Source: the human T2T-CHM13v2.0 reference genome, Homo sapiens
Reading direction: 5' to 3' (one strand)
DNA length: 64,000 bases
NCBI RefSeq assembly: GCF_009914755.1
Contig: NC_060927.1
Shown here in pieces: positions 1 to 17,363 of this stretch; position 1 is the first letter of the stretch; the number at the start of each line of letters is the position of its first letter. Below the pieces are notes generated by a model. The model was not told the origin of the DNA and searched no databases. It saw only the letters and a list, made by a program, of their open reading frames with translations. Both the position numbers and the translations under genes were made by a program.

Positions 1-10
1 AAAGCTATCA

Positions 11-310
11 GCAGGGCATGGACCTCAGCATTTTGGAAGGCCAAGGCAAGAGGATTACTTGAACCCAGGAGTTGAAGGCCAGTCTGGTCAAGATAGGGAG
101 ATCCTCTATCTACAAAAAAATAGAAAAATTGGCCAGGTGTGGTGGTGCACACCTGTGGTCCCAGCTACTCAGGAGGCTGAGGTGGGAGGACAGCTCAGGC
201 ATGGGAGAATCAAGGCTGCAGTAAGCTGTGATCATGCCACTGCACTCCAGCCCGGGAAGCAGAGTGAGACACTATCCCAAAAACAAAAACAAAAAACCCA
301 AACCAAACCA
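11..310 (+). mobile_element. AluJ-like
   Basis: Dimeric Alu, A-rich tail, GCTATCA TSD-like flanks. Confidence 0.85.
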
Positions 311-614
311 TAAAAAAGTGCTATCAATTCAGTTGCAGCCAAAAATTGATCCAAGTTTCACAAATCCCTAAATGCAGGATACAAATTTCGTCCCCTTACC
401 TACTTTGAGAGTATTTTAAAACTATATTGTATATTAATGAGTTTGAAATGCAAAGGCCTAAAAAACTAGGACACAAAAAGGATAAAGTCAACATGTCTCC
501 ACACAATAAATATTAAAGACTAGAATTATGTCCCTTCGCCCATACCTTAGTCAAATGGAGCCACTAGTGGTTCCCACTTCCCTCTCTACAGAAGCAGCAA
601 GCAGCATACAGCAG

Positions 615-800
615 TGAACACTTACAGAGTGCCTACCTGCAAGAGTATCCTGCCAACTGTAACTAACACAACAACTCTGAGGGGCGTGATTATCTCCCAT
701 TTGGCAGGTAGGATGCTGAGGCTCAGTTAAGTACCTTATCCAAGTTCACACAGGTAGGAAATGACAGAGCCAGGTCTGGATTCATAGGAATTTAATGCCA
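615..800 (-). mobile_element. MIR
   Basis: Reverse MIR core (GAGGCTCAG...CAAGTTCACACAG...GACAGAGCCAGG). Confidence 0.65.
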
Positions 801-865
801 AGGCACATTCTTCCTAATACTCAACAGTGCTGGTGTCTTTAGAGACCATTAAAGCAAGACTGTTT

Positions 866-979
866 GGGAGCCATGGTGGCTCAGGGCTGTTGTCCTGGTG
901 CATAAGGAGGCAAGGCTAGGCATTTGAGGCCAGCCTGGGCAACACAGAAACCTCTAATCTATGTAACAACAACAACAAA
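866..979 (+). mobile_element. Monomeric Alu derivative, snaR/ASR-like
   Basis: GGAGCCATGGTGGCTCAGG...TTTGAGGCCAGCCTGGGCAAC with an internal deletion relative to FLAM, (CAA)n tail and 10-bp TSD AAGACTGTTT (856-865 / 980-989). Confidence 0.65.
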
Positions 980-1807
980 AAGACTGTTTATTATTTTTTG
1001 TATTATGACTCTCTGAAGAAAAAAGTTATCTCCACTTCCAAGAATCACTACTATTTTCAGAAGAGAAAGAAAATTAATGCACTCTTCTTTGTGGACTTCC
1101 TCTGAGTGACAGGTGGATATGTTCCTAGTCTTGTGAATCTAACTTGAAGTAGCAGAAATTTGTTTTACTATGCTGGTAATTTTTTCTCTGCTAGAATTTT
1201 ACATGATGACAGCTATTCCTCTTAACATTCAGTACTCTGTAGATGTGTTTTAAGTAAACTTTACAACATAAAATTTGAAAAAGGAAAGAGCATATGGTCA
1301 AATAAATGTAGTATGTTAAACATAGTAGTTTCAGATTATTTCCCCACCCTGTGATTTCAAAATTTCTCACTTCTTGTAACAAGTTAGAAATGGTCACACT
1401 GAGAATAAATAACATTTCATAAACACAGCATTTTGGGGCTACAAGGAACTGTAATAAATCCCCTCTTCTTACAAATGGGGAAACTGAGGCCAAGGCTACA
1501 GTCACAAAGATTGGTGGTAGCATAGAATAATCCATGCCTCCCAAGAGAATCCAAGTCAACCTCTGCAAGGGTACAACTCCCTTTAGCTCTTAGGGTAAAC
1601 AGAATAAGGAAAAAACAAAAACTTATTCCCAAGAATATTCTGACCACCTCACACAGTGCTTTGGCAGGAAGAAGGTTCTTAAAATGTTTCAGGAAGCATT
1701 TTATTTATTGAAACAAAATCTTTCTGGGAGCAAAATTTCTATCAACCACTCTTCCTCCTCTCTCATTTATCAACTTTAATAACATCTGGTAATTAAAATT
1801 TTTGAAT

Positions 1808-2113
1808 TTTTTTTTTTTTTTTTTTTTTTTTGAGACAGACTCTCACTTTGTCACCCAGGATGGAGTGCAATAGCGCAATCTTGGCTCACTGCAACCTCCG
1901 CATCCCGGGTTAAAGTGATTCTCCTGCCTCAGACTCTCGAGTAGCTGGGACTACAGGCGCATGCCACCATGCCCGGCTAGTTTTTGTGGTTTTAGTAGAG
2001 ATGGGGTTTCACCATGTTGCCCAGGCTAGTCTCGAACTCCTGGCCTCAAGTGATCTGCCCGCCTCAGCCTCCCAAAGTGCTGCAATTATGGCATGAGCCA
2101 CCTCATCAGACCC
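1808..2113 (-). mobile_element. AluS
   Basis: T-run followed by Alu reverse complement; TSD CTGGTAATT. Confidence 0.9.
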
Positions 2114-2599
2114 TGGTAATTGAAAATTGAACATTCATATTTTATAAACATTTTAAGCCCATTTCTTCTTTTCATACATCTTAAGCTTCAATTCAAAATC
2201 CTCTTAAGACCCCTCAGGGGATTATGCAGCTTTCACTTTCTTTACACCTAAATGCAGTCTGACATGATGTGTCTTGATGGCAAATGCAACATCTGAAAAC
2301 AGATCTGTTTCATAAAAGGTCTGAAAAGCTAATGAAAACAAAGGTTCTGTAAACAAAATCCCACTTTTTATCTCCTATTTTCCAGGAATCTGATCTGAGG
2401 TATCTGCAAAGATGCAGTCTTGTTCTAGGGTTATACACATCTTCCAATCATATTGTTTGTTAAACTGTTTTTCTCTTTTCATGTCTTTAGGCACAAAACT
2501 TAACATTTGGCCTCCTCCCAGTTCTCTTCTCCTCACTCTATTAACACACCACTTATAAGTGAGCATTCACTAAGTATATACCACCCCCCAATCCATTCC

Positions 2600-3310
2600 C
2601 ATCCTGCAGCTGAGTGATCTTCCTGAACCGATCTCATTATGCTACTCTCTCTCTTAAGACCCTTCATCAGGGCATTCTAGTTAATGATACACTTGCTGAA
2701 GTATTTAGAGGAAAAGTGTACTGATATCTGCAACTTACACTGAAATGCATTTTTAAAAAATGGGTAAGAGAGCAGGACACATGTGATAAAGCAAATGTAA
2801 TTAAATGTTAATGGTAGAATCTAGGTTGAGATATATGCGTATTAACTGTAAAATCCCTTCAACTTTTCTGTATGTTTGGAATTTTCGTAAGATGTGAGAA
2901 AAAAACCCGTCAGGGTCTTCCTGCTGTTCTTACAGGTAAAGGGCAAAATGTAAAGGTCAACATTCTTACAAAAGCTCCCTTACCTTTCCTGCCCATCTCT
3001 CACCATGTCCCCCACCAACATACTAGGCTCTAGACACACAATTTCTTTCAGGAACTTCTAGTCAGAGGCCTCGTTCTCTCCCAACTCTACACCTTCACAT
3101 ATGCCATCACTTCTCTCTGGAACACTCTTCCCTTCCCCTCACCTGGGAGAACGCTATCTTCTTCTGGTCTCTAGGAAGCTTTCTTTGACTCCACATGTTT
3201 GGTTAAGTGCCCTCTTTGTGCTCTCAATAGCACACTGCAGACTGAATAGCACACTGTACTGCAGAGGGTCATCTTAGACGTGTGTTTCTTCCAGCAGTCT
3301 ATAAGTGTGT
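2600..3310 (+). mobile_element. L2 fragment with nested old L1ME 3' end (~2670-2906)
   Basis: Pyrimidine-rich L2-like blocks flank a segment with L1M 3' motifs (GGTAGAATCTAGG...AACTTTTCTGTATGTTTG). Confidence 0.55.
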
Positions 3311-3494
3311 CAGGTATGTCCCCCACATTCAACGAATACTCTTCAGGCAGGTTCTCCTAACAGTCAGCAAGACATAAAGTCTTTGCTTTTAAGGAGACTG
3401 CTTGCTTACCAAATAGAGAAACCATGTCTTATGTACAGATCTTTCACCAACCTTCATATTCTTTTTGTTGCTTTGTGGGTTTCCTTCTTGTTTC

Positions 3495-3778
3495 TCTGTT
3501 TTGTTTTGAGACAGGGTCTCATTCTGTCACCCAAGCTGGGGTACAGTGCACAATTATGGCTCACTGCAGCCTCAACCTCCTGGGCTCAAGCAATCCCTCC
3601 ACCTCAGCTTAAGTAATCGGGACTACAGGGGTGTGCCACCATGCCTGGCTAATTTTTTAATTTTTTGTAGAGATGGGGTCTCCCTATGTTAACCAGGCTG
3701 GTCTTGAACTCAAGCAATCCTCCCACTTCAGTCTCCTAAAATGTTATGGTAACAGTCATGAGCCAGGACATCTGGCCC
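3495..3778 (-). mobile_element. AluJ
   Basis: Alu reverse complement with J-type diagnostics. Confidence 0.85.
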
Positions 3779-4134
3779 AGACTTCGCTATTTCTTGATTC
3801 CAACCACAATCTCTATTTTCATAATATACTTCATCTGTAACTGCTTGTCCTGGCCATTTACCACAATCTATTAAAATCATTCATTACTCATATAAATAAA
3901 ACTCAAATGTCCACCTCTCATCAATAACAGATCAATTAATAGTGTAAGCTCATAATACATTCCTCCTTCACTAAACTTAGGAAAACTTTTTCTAGCCATT
4001 GGACCAAGGGTTGGTCCTTAGTTGCCTTGCCACAACCAAGCTGGACAGTGTTTGAAGATACTAAAAACTCCATCATGAACCCTCTTCTCTTTATTCACCT
4101 ATACAATTAGAAGGATAAAAAATATTAAAGTTTA

Positions 4135-4530
<396 letters not shown>

Positions 4531-4978
4531 TGCTTAATGGCAAACAATTTTAAAAATTAAGTCACTAAATTATAAGTTATTGTTTGGAAAACACAACACA
4601 CCTAATAGTTCCAGTAAAATAAAATAATTTACTTTATTCTACACAATTAATATACCTTTAAAGTGGCCAATACAGAAAAGGGGTTTCCAACGATACTTGA
4701 AATAATCCAGCTACCTATCTTCAGTTCCTTGGCCTTCAGCTGGCAGTGAAACAGACACATCAGCTTTAAGACTGGCAGCCAAATAGTTAACGATCTGTAA
4801 ACATACAATTACGCAAGTAGAGAGTTCCTGTTCAAACAGACTGGATGAAAGCCCTTCCATAAAGAACCCTTTAGGTGATGATGCTAAAATTATTTTCTGA
4901 ATATTTTATCTAAATTTGCATGTTTATATACTAAATTTTCTTAAAGAGGGCATATTTAAAAAAACAAATCATTTCATT

Positions 4979-5190
4979 ACAGCCTAAGCAACATGGCAAA
5001 ACCCCATCTCTACAAAAAAATACAAAAATTAGGCAGGCATGGTGGCACACACCTGTAGCCCCAGCTACTCAGGAGGCTGAGGTGGGAGATCACCTGAGCC
5101 CAGGAGGCTGAGGCTGTAGTGAGCTGTGACTGCACCACTGCTCTCCAGCCTGGGCAACAGAGCAAGACCCTGTCTCAAACAACAACAACA
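4979..5190 (+). mobile_element. 5'-truncated AluJ
   Basis: End of left arm plus right arm. Confidence 0.8.
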
Positions 5191-5507
5191 ATTTCATAAA
5201 AGCAATACTATTAGTTTTCATGTCTACATGCAGGTGCTAGACAACTTCTTCTGTAAAGGACTAGACAGCAAATACTTTAAGCTTCTCAGGCCACATGGGT
5301 CTCTGTCACACATTTTTTGTTTTATTCCCCCAACTCTTTAAAAATGTAAAAAAAAAAAAAAAAAAAAAAGAAAAGAAAAAGAAAATCTCAGATTCCACAC
5401 ATGGTCACCAAAACAGTACAGGGTGATACTGCTTTATCTCCCTGATAGATCTCTAACTCAACAATAGAATGTAATCTCCATCAACTTCATAATAACAATT
5501 AACAGGG

Positions 5508-5805
5508 GGCCGGGAGCGGTGGCTCACGCCTGTAATCCCAGCACTTTGGGAGGCCGAGGCGGGCCGATCATCTGAGGTTGGGAGTTCGAGATCAGCCTGA
5601 CCAACATGGAGAAATCCCGTCTCTACTAAAAATACAAAATTAGCCGGGTGTGGTGGTGCATGCCTGTAATCCCAGCTACTCAGGAAGGCTGAGGCAGGAG
5701 AATCCCTTGAACCCAGGAGGCAGAGGCTGCGGTAAGCCAAGATCGCACCATTGCACTCTAGCCTGGGCAACAAGAGCAAAACTCCATCTCAAAAAAAAAA
5801 AAATA
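5508..5805 (+). mobile_element. AluSp
   Basis: GACCAACATGGAGAAA and GGCAACAAGAGC diagnostics; TSD ACAATTAACAG. Confidence 0.9.
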
Positions 5806-6001
5806 ATAACAACAATTAACAGATTAGAACTGTGAAGACTTAGAAATGTGATTTCTAACTGCAACACTGTCATTATTGATTGTGTAAACCTGTCAAATAA
5901 TTCCATTTGTTCCCCAACTTCTAAATCGAGGAGAGTAAGATCAGACCATCTCTATAGTGATGGATTTAAAATGCTGTACTATTATCATCCATTACTACTA
6001 C

Positions 6002-6482
<481 letters not shown>

Positions 6483-7016
6483 AACTCCTTTGTAACTTAT
6501 ACAGCAGTTTAAAAAATATAACAATAAAAACAGGAATTGTGAAAAATCAGTAGTCAAAGCAAAACAATTAAGAACACATAATACTTTAATGATAATAGCT
6601 ATCTTGAACACTTCCCAAGTACGCATGCCACTGTTTGACATGGTCCCCAGCATCAGGAACATCAGGAGACAGGGAATTCCAATGTGCTATATCCCTTCCT
6701 TATCCAATTGAGATATCAACATTGTAAAGCTGACATTTTTGATTTGGACTTATATAACATAAATTATCCTATTTTATCTGAAAGCTCTGGTGACAAGAGC
6801 CATGAGGGGTCTTCACTGAACTACCTGTGGCGTACATCTTCTGCATGGCCTTCCACAGGTTATCTGGAGGACCCAGGTAGGGTGAGGGACTTTAGGTGTG
6901 CTCCCCATCTCCTAGAGGGCATCTTCCTCCCTCACATTGGTAGGTAAGAGTAGGGAGAGACTATTAACAAAATGCAGGACACAAAGTGACTGTAAGTAAA
7001 AATTTATGCATGCCTA

Positions 7017-7425
<409 letters not shown>

Positions 7426-7664
7426 TTAAAACCCTTTCCTGTAAAATAGTAAACATGCTACATAATACGGTACCTAGCAGAACACCCAACACAAGTAACA
7501 GACACAATACATGATAGTTCCCAGCCCTGCAGCTGGCCAAAGCCCTACCTTTGGATTGATCATTCAGCAATTCACATTACATTAAAAAAAAACAGAACTT
7601 ATCCTTAATCATTTTCCTTACTCCCACGGGCTGTCTAGATATGAATTAAAAATAACATTTAGTT

Positions 7665-7987
<323 letters not shown>

Positions 7988-8287
7988 CACACACACACCA
8001 AAGAAAACATTTAGTTTAATCCAATAAATATCTACCAAGATCAGTAAATGCTAAGCACAGTGGTTGATTACAATGGCTATTAATAGTTCCCATGCCCTAG
8101 GAGGTCAAAGTCACACTAAAGCAATGGTTCTTAATCAAATATGGTATGTATTCTACAATTAAATCACCTTTACATTAAGATGCAAATTTTTAACCTACTA
8201 GATAGCCAAAGATTAAAATGAATAATACTTAGTATTGGCAATGGTGCTAAACAAACAAGTATTCTCACATACTGATGGTAAAAATGT

Positions 8288-8665
<378 letters not shown>

Positions 8666-8927
8666 TTATCCCAAAGAAAATACTGGACAAGTGGAAAATG
8701 AGGTATAACAATAATAATCTGTCTACCAATCCATTATAATTATGGTATATCTATATATACTATTCAGTCAATAAACAAAGCCGTATCTATTAACATGAAA
8801 AAAAAAACCCGTGTTACACGAAGTGAACCATGGTACATGACATTAAAAAAAAATCTGATTGCAAACAAATAATATAAATCATGATTTATTTTTAAGAAAA
8901 AAATATTCACATAGAGAAAATGAACAT

Positions 8928-9567
8928 GACCTGGTGTGTTAATAGACGCTCATACCTATAACCCTAGCACTTTGAGGCCAAGACCAGAGGATCATTTGAG
9001 CACAGGAGTTTGAGACCAGGCTGGGCAACATAGTGAGACTCCCATCTCTCCAAAAAATAATTAGCCAGGTATGGTGTCCTGTAGTCCCAGTTACTCAGGA
9101 GGCTGAGGCAGGAAAATCACTTGAGCCCAGGAATTGGAGGCTGCAGTAAGCTATGATTACACTACCGCACTCCAGCCTGGGGAACAGAGCAAGACTTTCT
9201 CTCTAAAACATAAAAAATAAATAAATAAGAAAAAATGAACACTTACCTCTACGTGGTAGGATCATGCATTATTTTCATGTTCTTTCTTTCCTTCTTTTGG
9301 GACAAGGTCCCGCTCTGTCACCCAGGCTGTAGTGCAGTGGTGTGATCACAGCTCACTACAACCTTGGACTCCCAGGCTCATATGAACCTTCTGCCTCAGC
9401 CTCCCAAGTAGCTGGGACAAAAGACATGTGCCACCACACCAGCTATTTAAAAAATTTTTTTTGTAGAGGCAGAGTCTTGCTGTATTACCCAGGCTGGTCT
9501 CAAGCCATGCCCCCACCTTGGCCTCCCAAAGTGCTAAGATTGCAGGCGGGAGCCACTGAGCATGGCT
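8928..9567. mobile_element. Inverted AluJ pair (8928-9235 +, 9283-9567 -)
   Basis: Tail-to-tail, ~50 bp apart. Confidence 0.85.
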
Positions 9568-10230
9568 ATTTTCACTTTATCTTCTTACCTTTTTTTAAAT
9601 TTCTCTGGCAAGAAACATGCATTACTTTCATAATTTAAAATAGTGATTTCCAATTTTGAGAGGAAAGTGTTTTAGACATAATTTCTTTTGGTTCTTTTAA
9701 TCCCATGATGCATGAAATAATCTCAGTTTACAGGTCAGGAGGTTCTAATTTGTCCACAACTCCACCACTTCAAAGGATAGGGAGGCTGACTCTTAAGATC
9801 TTGTGGCTTTCGTCAGGACTCCTTCCGCCATATCTAAACTGCCTCGGCCCTTTTCTCTGCGTTTTAGGCCCTTTTCACAGGTTGTTCTCCCCTCACCCTT
9901 CTTAGCAAAATTGTACTCAGATACCACCTCATCCGCAAAATATTTCGTGACCTATTTAGCAATTATTTCATACCGACATACTTGATCTTTACTACTTTGA
10001 GTCTCTTCCCCACAGGAGATTATAAGCTCCTGGAGGGCAGGAGCTGAGTCTTAGTCATCCTGTTTACCCCAGATGATTCAGCAAAGCATTTTATACATGA
10101 CATGTCTCTAATAAATGTTTGGTGAAAAAAAGAATAAAATGGTAATCTGTGGGGTCTTTCTAATAGCCACTGTCCTGATTTTACAAATAAAGCAAATAAG
10201 GCCCAAAAAGGTTAGTCCATGGTCACTTAC

Positions 10231-10532
10231 TTTTTTTTTTTTTTTTTTTGAGATGGAGTCTTGCTTGGTCACCCAGGCTGGAGTGCGGTGGCACGATCTC
10301 GGCTCACTGCAACCTCCATCTCCTGAGTTCAAGCAATTCTCCCTGCCTCTACCTCTCGAGTGGCTGGGATTACAGGCACCCATCACCACACCTGGCTAAT
10401 TTTTCTGTTTTTAGTAGAAATGGGGTTTCATCATGTTGGCCAGGCTGGTCTCGAACTCATGACTTGAAGTAATCTGCCTGTCTTGGCCTCCCAAAGTGCT
10501 GGAATTACAGGCCTGAGCCACCACGCCCGGCC
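10231..10532 (-). mobile_element. AluS inserted in a MIR
   Basis: MIR core (TTTTACAAATAAGCAAATAAGGCCCA...GTGACAGAG) is split by the Alu. Confidence 0.85.
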
Positions 10533-10959
10533 ACTTAGACTTGTTAGTGACAGAGTCCCACGCTAAATTTTAGACTTTTCTTTTCCTATTTCAAGACTCC
10601 TTTCTGTTTTATATTTTCTAAGTGCTTTTACTGACATTCCCTCTCACATGGATTTCACACCAGCTGAATTACTGCTCTACCAGCCTGTATCTGTGATTTG
10701 CCAGTTCTGTTTTCTGCTTTTGACAGTAGCACTGGGGGAAATATTATATGAAGTCCTCTTAACAATTCTTAAACCTGTGCTCAAACTATACCTAACTGGA
10801 ATAACAATGATACTTTAAGTAAAGACTGTTCATCATTTGTTCAACAGATATTCACTAGGCACCTATTATGTGCCACACACCATATCCCATTAACTAGAAA
10901 TCTCTATTAACTGGCATTTGTGCTTACTGATAAAACTGACGCCAATAATCCCCTAACAC

Positions 10960-11520
10960 AGTCATGTGCTGTGGGTCATACCTATAACCCCAGTGATTCA
11001 GGAGACTGAGGTGGGAGGATCACTTTAGCCCAGGAGTTGGGGACCAGCCTGGGCAACATAGTAAATCCCTGTCTCTAGAAAAATATAACAAATTTTTAAA
11101 ATTAGCCATCGTGGTGGGACTACAGTCCTGTATATTCCCAGTTACTTGAGAGGCTGAGGCAGGAAGATCTCTTGAGCCCAGGAGTTTGAGGCTGCAATAA
11201 GTTATGATCGTGCCAGTGTACTACAGCCTAGGTGACAGGGCAAGACCCCATCTCTAAATAAACAAACAAACAAGCAAACAAACAAACAAACACAGAGGTT
11301 CACAAACTTCAGGCCACAGGCCAAAACTGGCTTGCTGCCTGTTTTTATAAATAAAGTTTTATTGAAACAAGCCTGTACCCATTCATTTACATATTATCCA
11401 TGGCTGTTTTGGAACTACAACAGCAGAACTGAGTTGTTGCAACAGAGACCATATGACTTACAAAGCCTAAACTATTTACAATCTGGCCCTTGACAAAAGA
11501 GTTTGCTGATTCTATTATAA
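10960..11520 (+). mobile_element. AluJ (10960-11290) followed by MER58A-like hAT fossil (11295-11520)
   Basis: Alu dimer, then GCCTGTTTTTATAAATAAAGTTTTATTGAAAC...CTATTTACAATCTGGCCCTT. Confidence 0.75.
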
Positions 11521-12542
11521 GATGCCACTATGCCATCTTACTCTCAAAACACTTTATATTTGGTGTATTTTTAGTAGTAGTAACATATAATAAACATGTA
11601 ATAAATAATTTCATGCTAATTCTTTGAAAAAAGTCAATATCATATATGGTAACAGTCTATTCCTTGCATCATATTCCCATAACCAGTCATGCCAGAAAAC
11701 AGCATAACTCATGGAACCTTGATGATCTTTAATCCCAGCTCCTCACCAAATCAATAGTTTTAGACTGAACACTCTCATTATTTTTATAATCAGTCCTCAC
11801 ATAGAAAACCATACACTCCCTTGCCAGTTACAAGTTACTTCTCTTAACAGATCTCTGAATTCCACTGTGCATATCTTAAGGTTTCCTACAATAGCTCAAG
11901 CATAATAGTTTTATTCCTGAAGGGGGGGAAAAAAGACTTTCACATATACTTATTGATGATGTTCAGCATTTTGTGGGACTTTTGGCTGCATATTACCGTG
12001 GACTAATACCTTCAGAGAACAATATAGCAACTTTACATTTCTTTCCGGGGTGGAATTAAATGGCCCACATCTATATTAATTAATTAAAACCCAATTTCAA
12101 TATGCCTTAAAACATTTCTTTAAAAATATTCAATAACTCACAAGATTAAAATAAGAAAATTTATAAAATGTCAGATCAAATAAGGCTTTGGAGATCATTA
12201 AATTCAAATAGCCGGATTTACAGATGAGAAAGATGAGGCTTATATGACTTGACAAAGGACCACCTAGTTTTCATTAATTCACACTGACAGCAAATCAAAA
12301 AGTTACACTGAAGTCCTATCTAAAAACCAGTCACTGTGCTTGGGACCAGGATTACATATGTACCTTTGTTGACAATGAATTCAATTAATCTAAATAAGTG
12401 TTATTGCTTGCACTAAAAGATACACACTGAGAAGAATCAGATAAAATTCCTTAATAACTGCTAAGCATCCTCTTACTTACAAGGAAAGCTCTTTTCCTTT
12501 AGGGAGATTCTATAGATTAAGAGTACTAGCTCGGGGAGCTAG

Positions 12543-13223
<681 letters not shown>

Positions 13224-13410
13224 TTCTGTGTCTGTTTCCTGATCTTTAAGGGGATAGAGTATGTAAACAATCCTTACATGACTAGTACCTGTAAGTGCTC
13301 TATGTTAGGTATTATTATTTATTTTCCTTAGGGAGTTTTCTTATCAAAACATGGGAAAGTAATCAATATGGAGAAACTGCCTTTAAAGGCAGCTATTAAA
13401 ATACAAATAT

Positions 13411-13710
<300 letters not shown>

Positions 13711-14459
13711 AATATAATCAATTGTATTAAAAGTAATTAAATATAAAAGGTAAAAATGAAAATGCAGTTCTTAAAAAAACAATTTAGAGGTTAGAACCTA
13801 CTTAAAATACATGTGCAAGAAGTCCTACCTTTATTAAAAACAAATCTTAATGAAATCCATTCTCAAAACCTTTCAAGAAAGAAGAGTTAATATCATAGAC
13901 TTTTTGGATTTCATTAGAAGTCAGGCCTAGGCAGATTAAATGATTACTTAAACACAAGTGCCATTGCAACAGCTGCATCCCAGAATCCAATAAATATTTG
14001 GATTTTCCTTTAAAATAATTACCAGTACTTTTGTTCAAAGACAGGCTTTGAGTAGAAAGAGTTTTGTACCTGGCACTCTCTCCCTTGCAGGAACTTCTAT
14101 CAAGTTAGAAATCCATGCCAGAGTCACAGAACAGGGCCCTTATGTTGTGTGACCTTGGAAAATCCACTTAACAGGTCTCTACAATTCATTACCCCATCTA
14201 TAAATTGGTGCCCTGATCAGGGAGGAGAGAGGAGGTGAAATGAGATTTGTATGAAAATCCTTTGACAATGGCTCTTACACATACACACGTTACTACACAT
14301 ACATGACCCTTTACTCCCATCAGGTTGTAGGAGGAGAGAGAATGTGGCAAGCTAAACTGCAATTTGTGTGTGTTGTGAGGGGAGTACTTAGGGCTATATC
14401 ATTGTTCCTATTCTAGGTTGTTTCTGAAATGTAAAGCCTTGTCATAGGCTCAGATTTGG

Positions 14460-15080
<621 letters not shown>

Positions 15081-15999
15081 TAGATTTGTTTTTTTAAATA
15101 AGAGACTCCAGAGACCACTTGCATTCATGAAAGATGTATTAGGGTCAAGCATCCTCCTGCCTAGCACCTTCAAACTCATAACAAAGAAAACCACAATCCC
15201 TATTTGGTATTTCTTTCCTCCACCAGCACAGAGTGAATGCTGCCATATGTGACGGTGAAATGTCTGTAAGAAATCTTCAGGGGTATTTTAGAAAGTTAAC
15301 TCTATTTTTGTAACCAGTATACAAATCAGTTATTAGCTCCTTCCAAAGCTGAAAAGGACTCTCTGATGAAAATCCCAATAGTACTGAAAGAAAAATATTA
15401 AATTTCAAGCTCATATTACCTGATATTAGATGCACTTTATGAACTATTAAGTTCATAAAAAAGGAAATTTAATCTATTCTTGTATGGTGGAGTGAAGGAG
15501 GCTGGGACCTCTAAGAACACTCAGTCCCATGCACAGACCCAGTGTCAAAGGGGTGTTAAAAAAAAAATGGCACAACCTCAGTGCAAATTAGGTATACCAA
15601 AAAATGAACAAAACTGCCACTTTTGTTTTACCATAAACAGAATCATCTACACAATATCTAATGTGCAGAAATAACTGGACAAAATGTATAAAATAAGAAC
15701 AAAACTACTGAATCTTACCTTTACCATGACAGTGTTTCCAAATATTTAATTAAAATAGAATCAATTTCAATGAGGTCATATGAGCTTAAATCCATTTTAC
15801 CTTAGAAATGAGTAGTAATTTGTTTAAATTAGTAAACTAAAAATATATTATACAATTTTTTTTTGCTTTTGGATCCTAATTTATTTTTGCCCTATGAATA
15901 TCACTTATGTAGGCACTAATTCAATTTTTTAAAAAGTTCTGATCACAAATATTTTCTAATGCAGTTTAAGATAAATCCATGACAAAGTATCACTTGCAA

Positions 16000-16200
16000 A
16001 TATTACCACGATACAAACATTAACTCATTTGATTCCCGCCACAACCCTAGAGGCAAGTATTATTATTTCTATAACAACCATTTTAAAGATGAAGAAACTG
16101 AGGTTTATAGATGTCAAGCAACTTGCTTAAGATCCTAGGGCTTATATGTGATAGGGCAGTGACTCAATCCAGGCTAATCTTCAGTAGGTGCTTTCAACCA
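16000..16200 (-). mobile_element. MIR
   Basis: CATTTTAAAGATGAAGAAACTGAGG core. Confidence 0.7.
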
Positions 16201-17289
16201 CATTAAAAACAAGGGTAAAAACTAATTTTTCAACTAGCTCCATGTAGCTTTAAAGAATATCAATAATCATATATTCTTGCTTGGCAGCAGTCTATTAAAA
16301 AAGTAATTTTTTCTATGTAAACATTCATATTTAACCACGCAGCCTATCAAGTAGTATTTGACTTCTTGTTTCCTGTTTTTAGATGGATATAACCAAAACA
16401 ACAACAACAACAACAAAAAACTCTGGTATTGAGCCGACACCAAATACCAAAGTTTTTAAATTTAATCATCGTATAAGCCAAACTTCAGTTATCTCGCATG
16501 TAAAGAGCTATATAGAGAAATTTCTCCTATAAATGATTCAGGAGCTAAGCCTAGAAAAATGCGAATCTGCGAACTATTCTCCCTCAGTCCTCTATCCCCA
16601 CCCCCAGAGTCACTAAAGAAACAGAATACACAACTTCCAGAGAGCCGAGGAGATACAGAACAATCAGGAGAACTGACACTGGACCGTTTCTCCTTATTAC
16701 ATCCATTTGGCTGAAAAGACTTAACTAGAAAGTTGTGTTCTACTGCCCTTTACAAATTTCAGAATTATATGTGACAGTTAAGGTAGCTGCAACACGAGCA
16801 CATTGTACCAGAGAACGCTGAATCAAGAACATTTATCGCCAGGTCTTAGTTCTAGCTTCTGTCAATTATACAAAGAGTCAGCTATTAAATATTAATGGCA
16901 TGCCATTTGCGCTGCAGCTCTCGCAAAGAGCCTCCTGCTACCAATTTTTGTGATGAAAGAAAACCTGTCATTTTCTAGATAAACCCCAGGCCACGAGAAT
17001 CCCTCAGATGAGCGATCGAATTCTGTCCTTCCCAGGGGAAGCTGTCAGGGCCACCCCCATATACCGGGGAGGAGGAGGAGGAACCTGAGGGAGGGCGGGT
17101 CCCCGCAGGTCCTGGGTCAAGGGTCTCGTGTTCCCCTTCTCTCCCAGCCATCCGCGACAGGTCGGGAGGCGAGGCGGGGCGGGGCTGGGCCGGCTGTCCG
17201 CACAAAGAGAGCCAGCGAGCTAGCCCGCGGACCAGGTACCCCGGGCCGCTGGGGGCCGGGCGGGGCGGGGCGAGGCAGGGAACACTTAC

Positions 17290-17363
17290 CCAGCAGTAGC
17301 ACGTTCTTCCCCGCAGGGAGCTTGGAGCGCGAGCGGGTGGAGACCTCGCTGAGGATGCAGGAC
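17290..17363 (-). CDS. DYNC1LI1: DYNC1LI1 coding exon 2 (74 nt)
   Basis: Acceptor CTTCCCGTTAG|G and donor G|GTAAGT; encodes (W)SCILSEVSTRSRSKLPAGKNVLLL(G), in frame with exon 1 and leading into the P-loop GEDGAGKT. Intron 1 is 205 nt. Confidence 0.97.

Noticed and set aside
5660-5790. Second Alu-exon candidate in the AluSp at 5508
   Set aside because: 124 nt (frameshifting) with a weaker GCATGC donor; no support beyond generic Alu sites.
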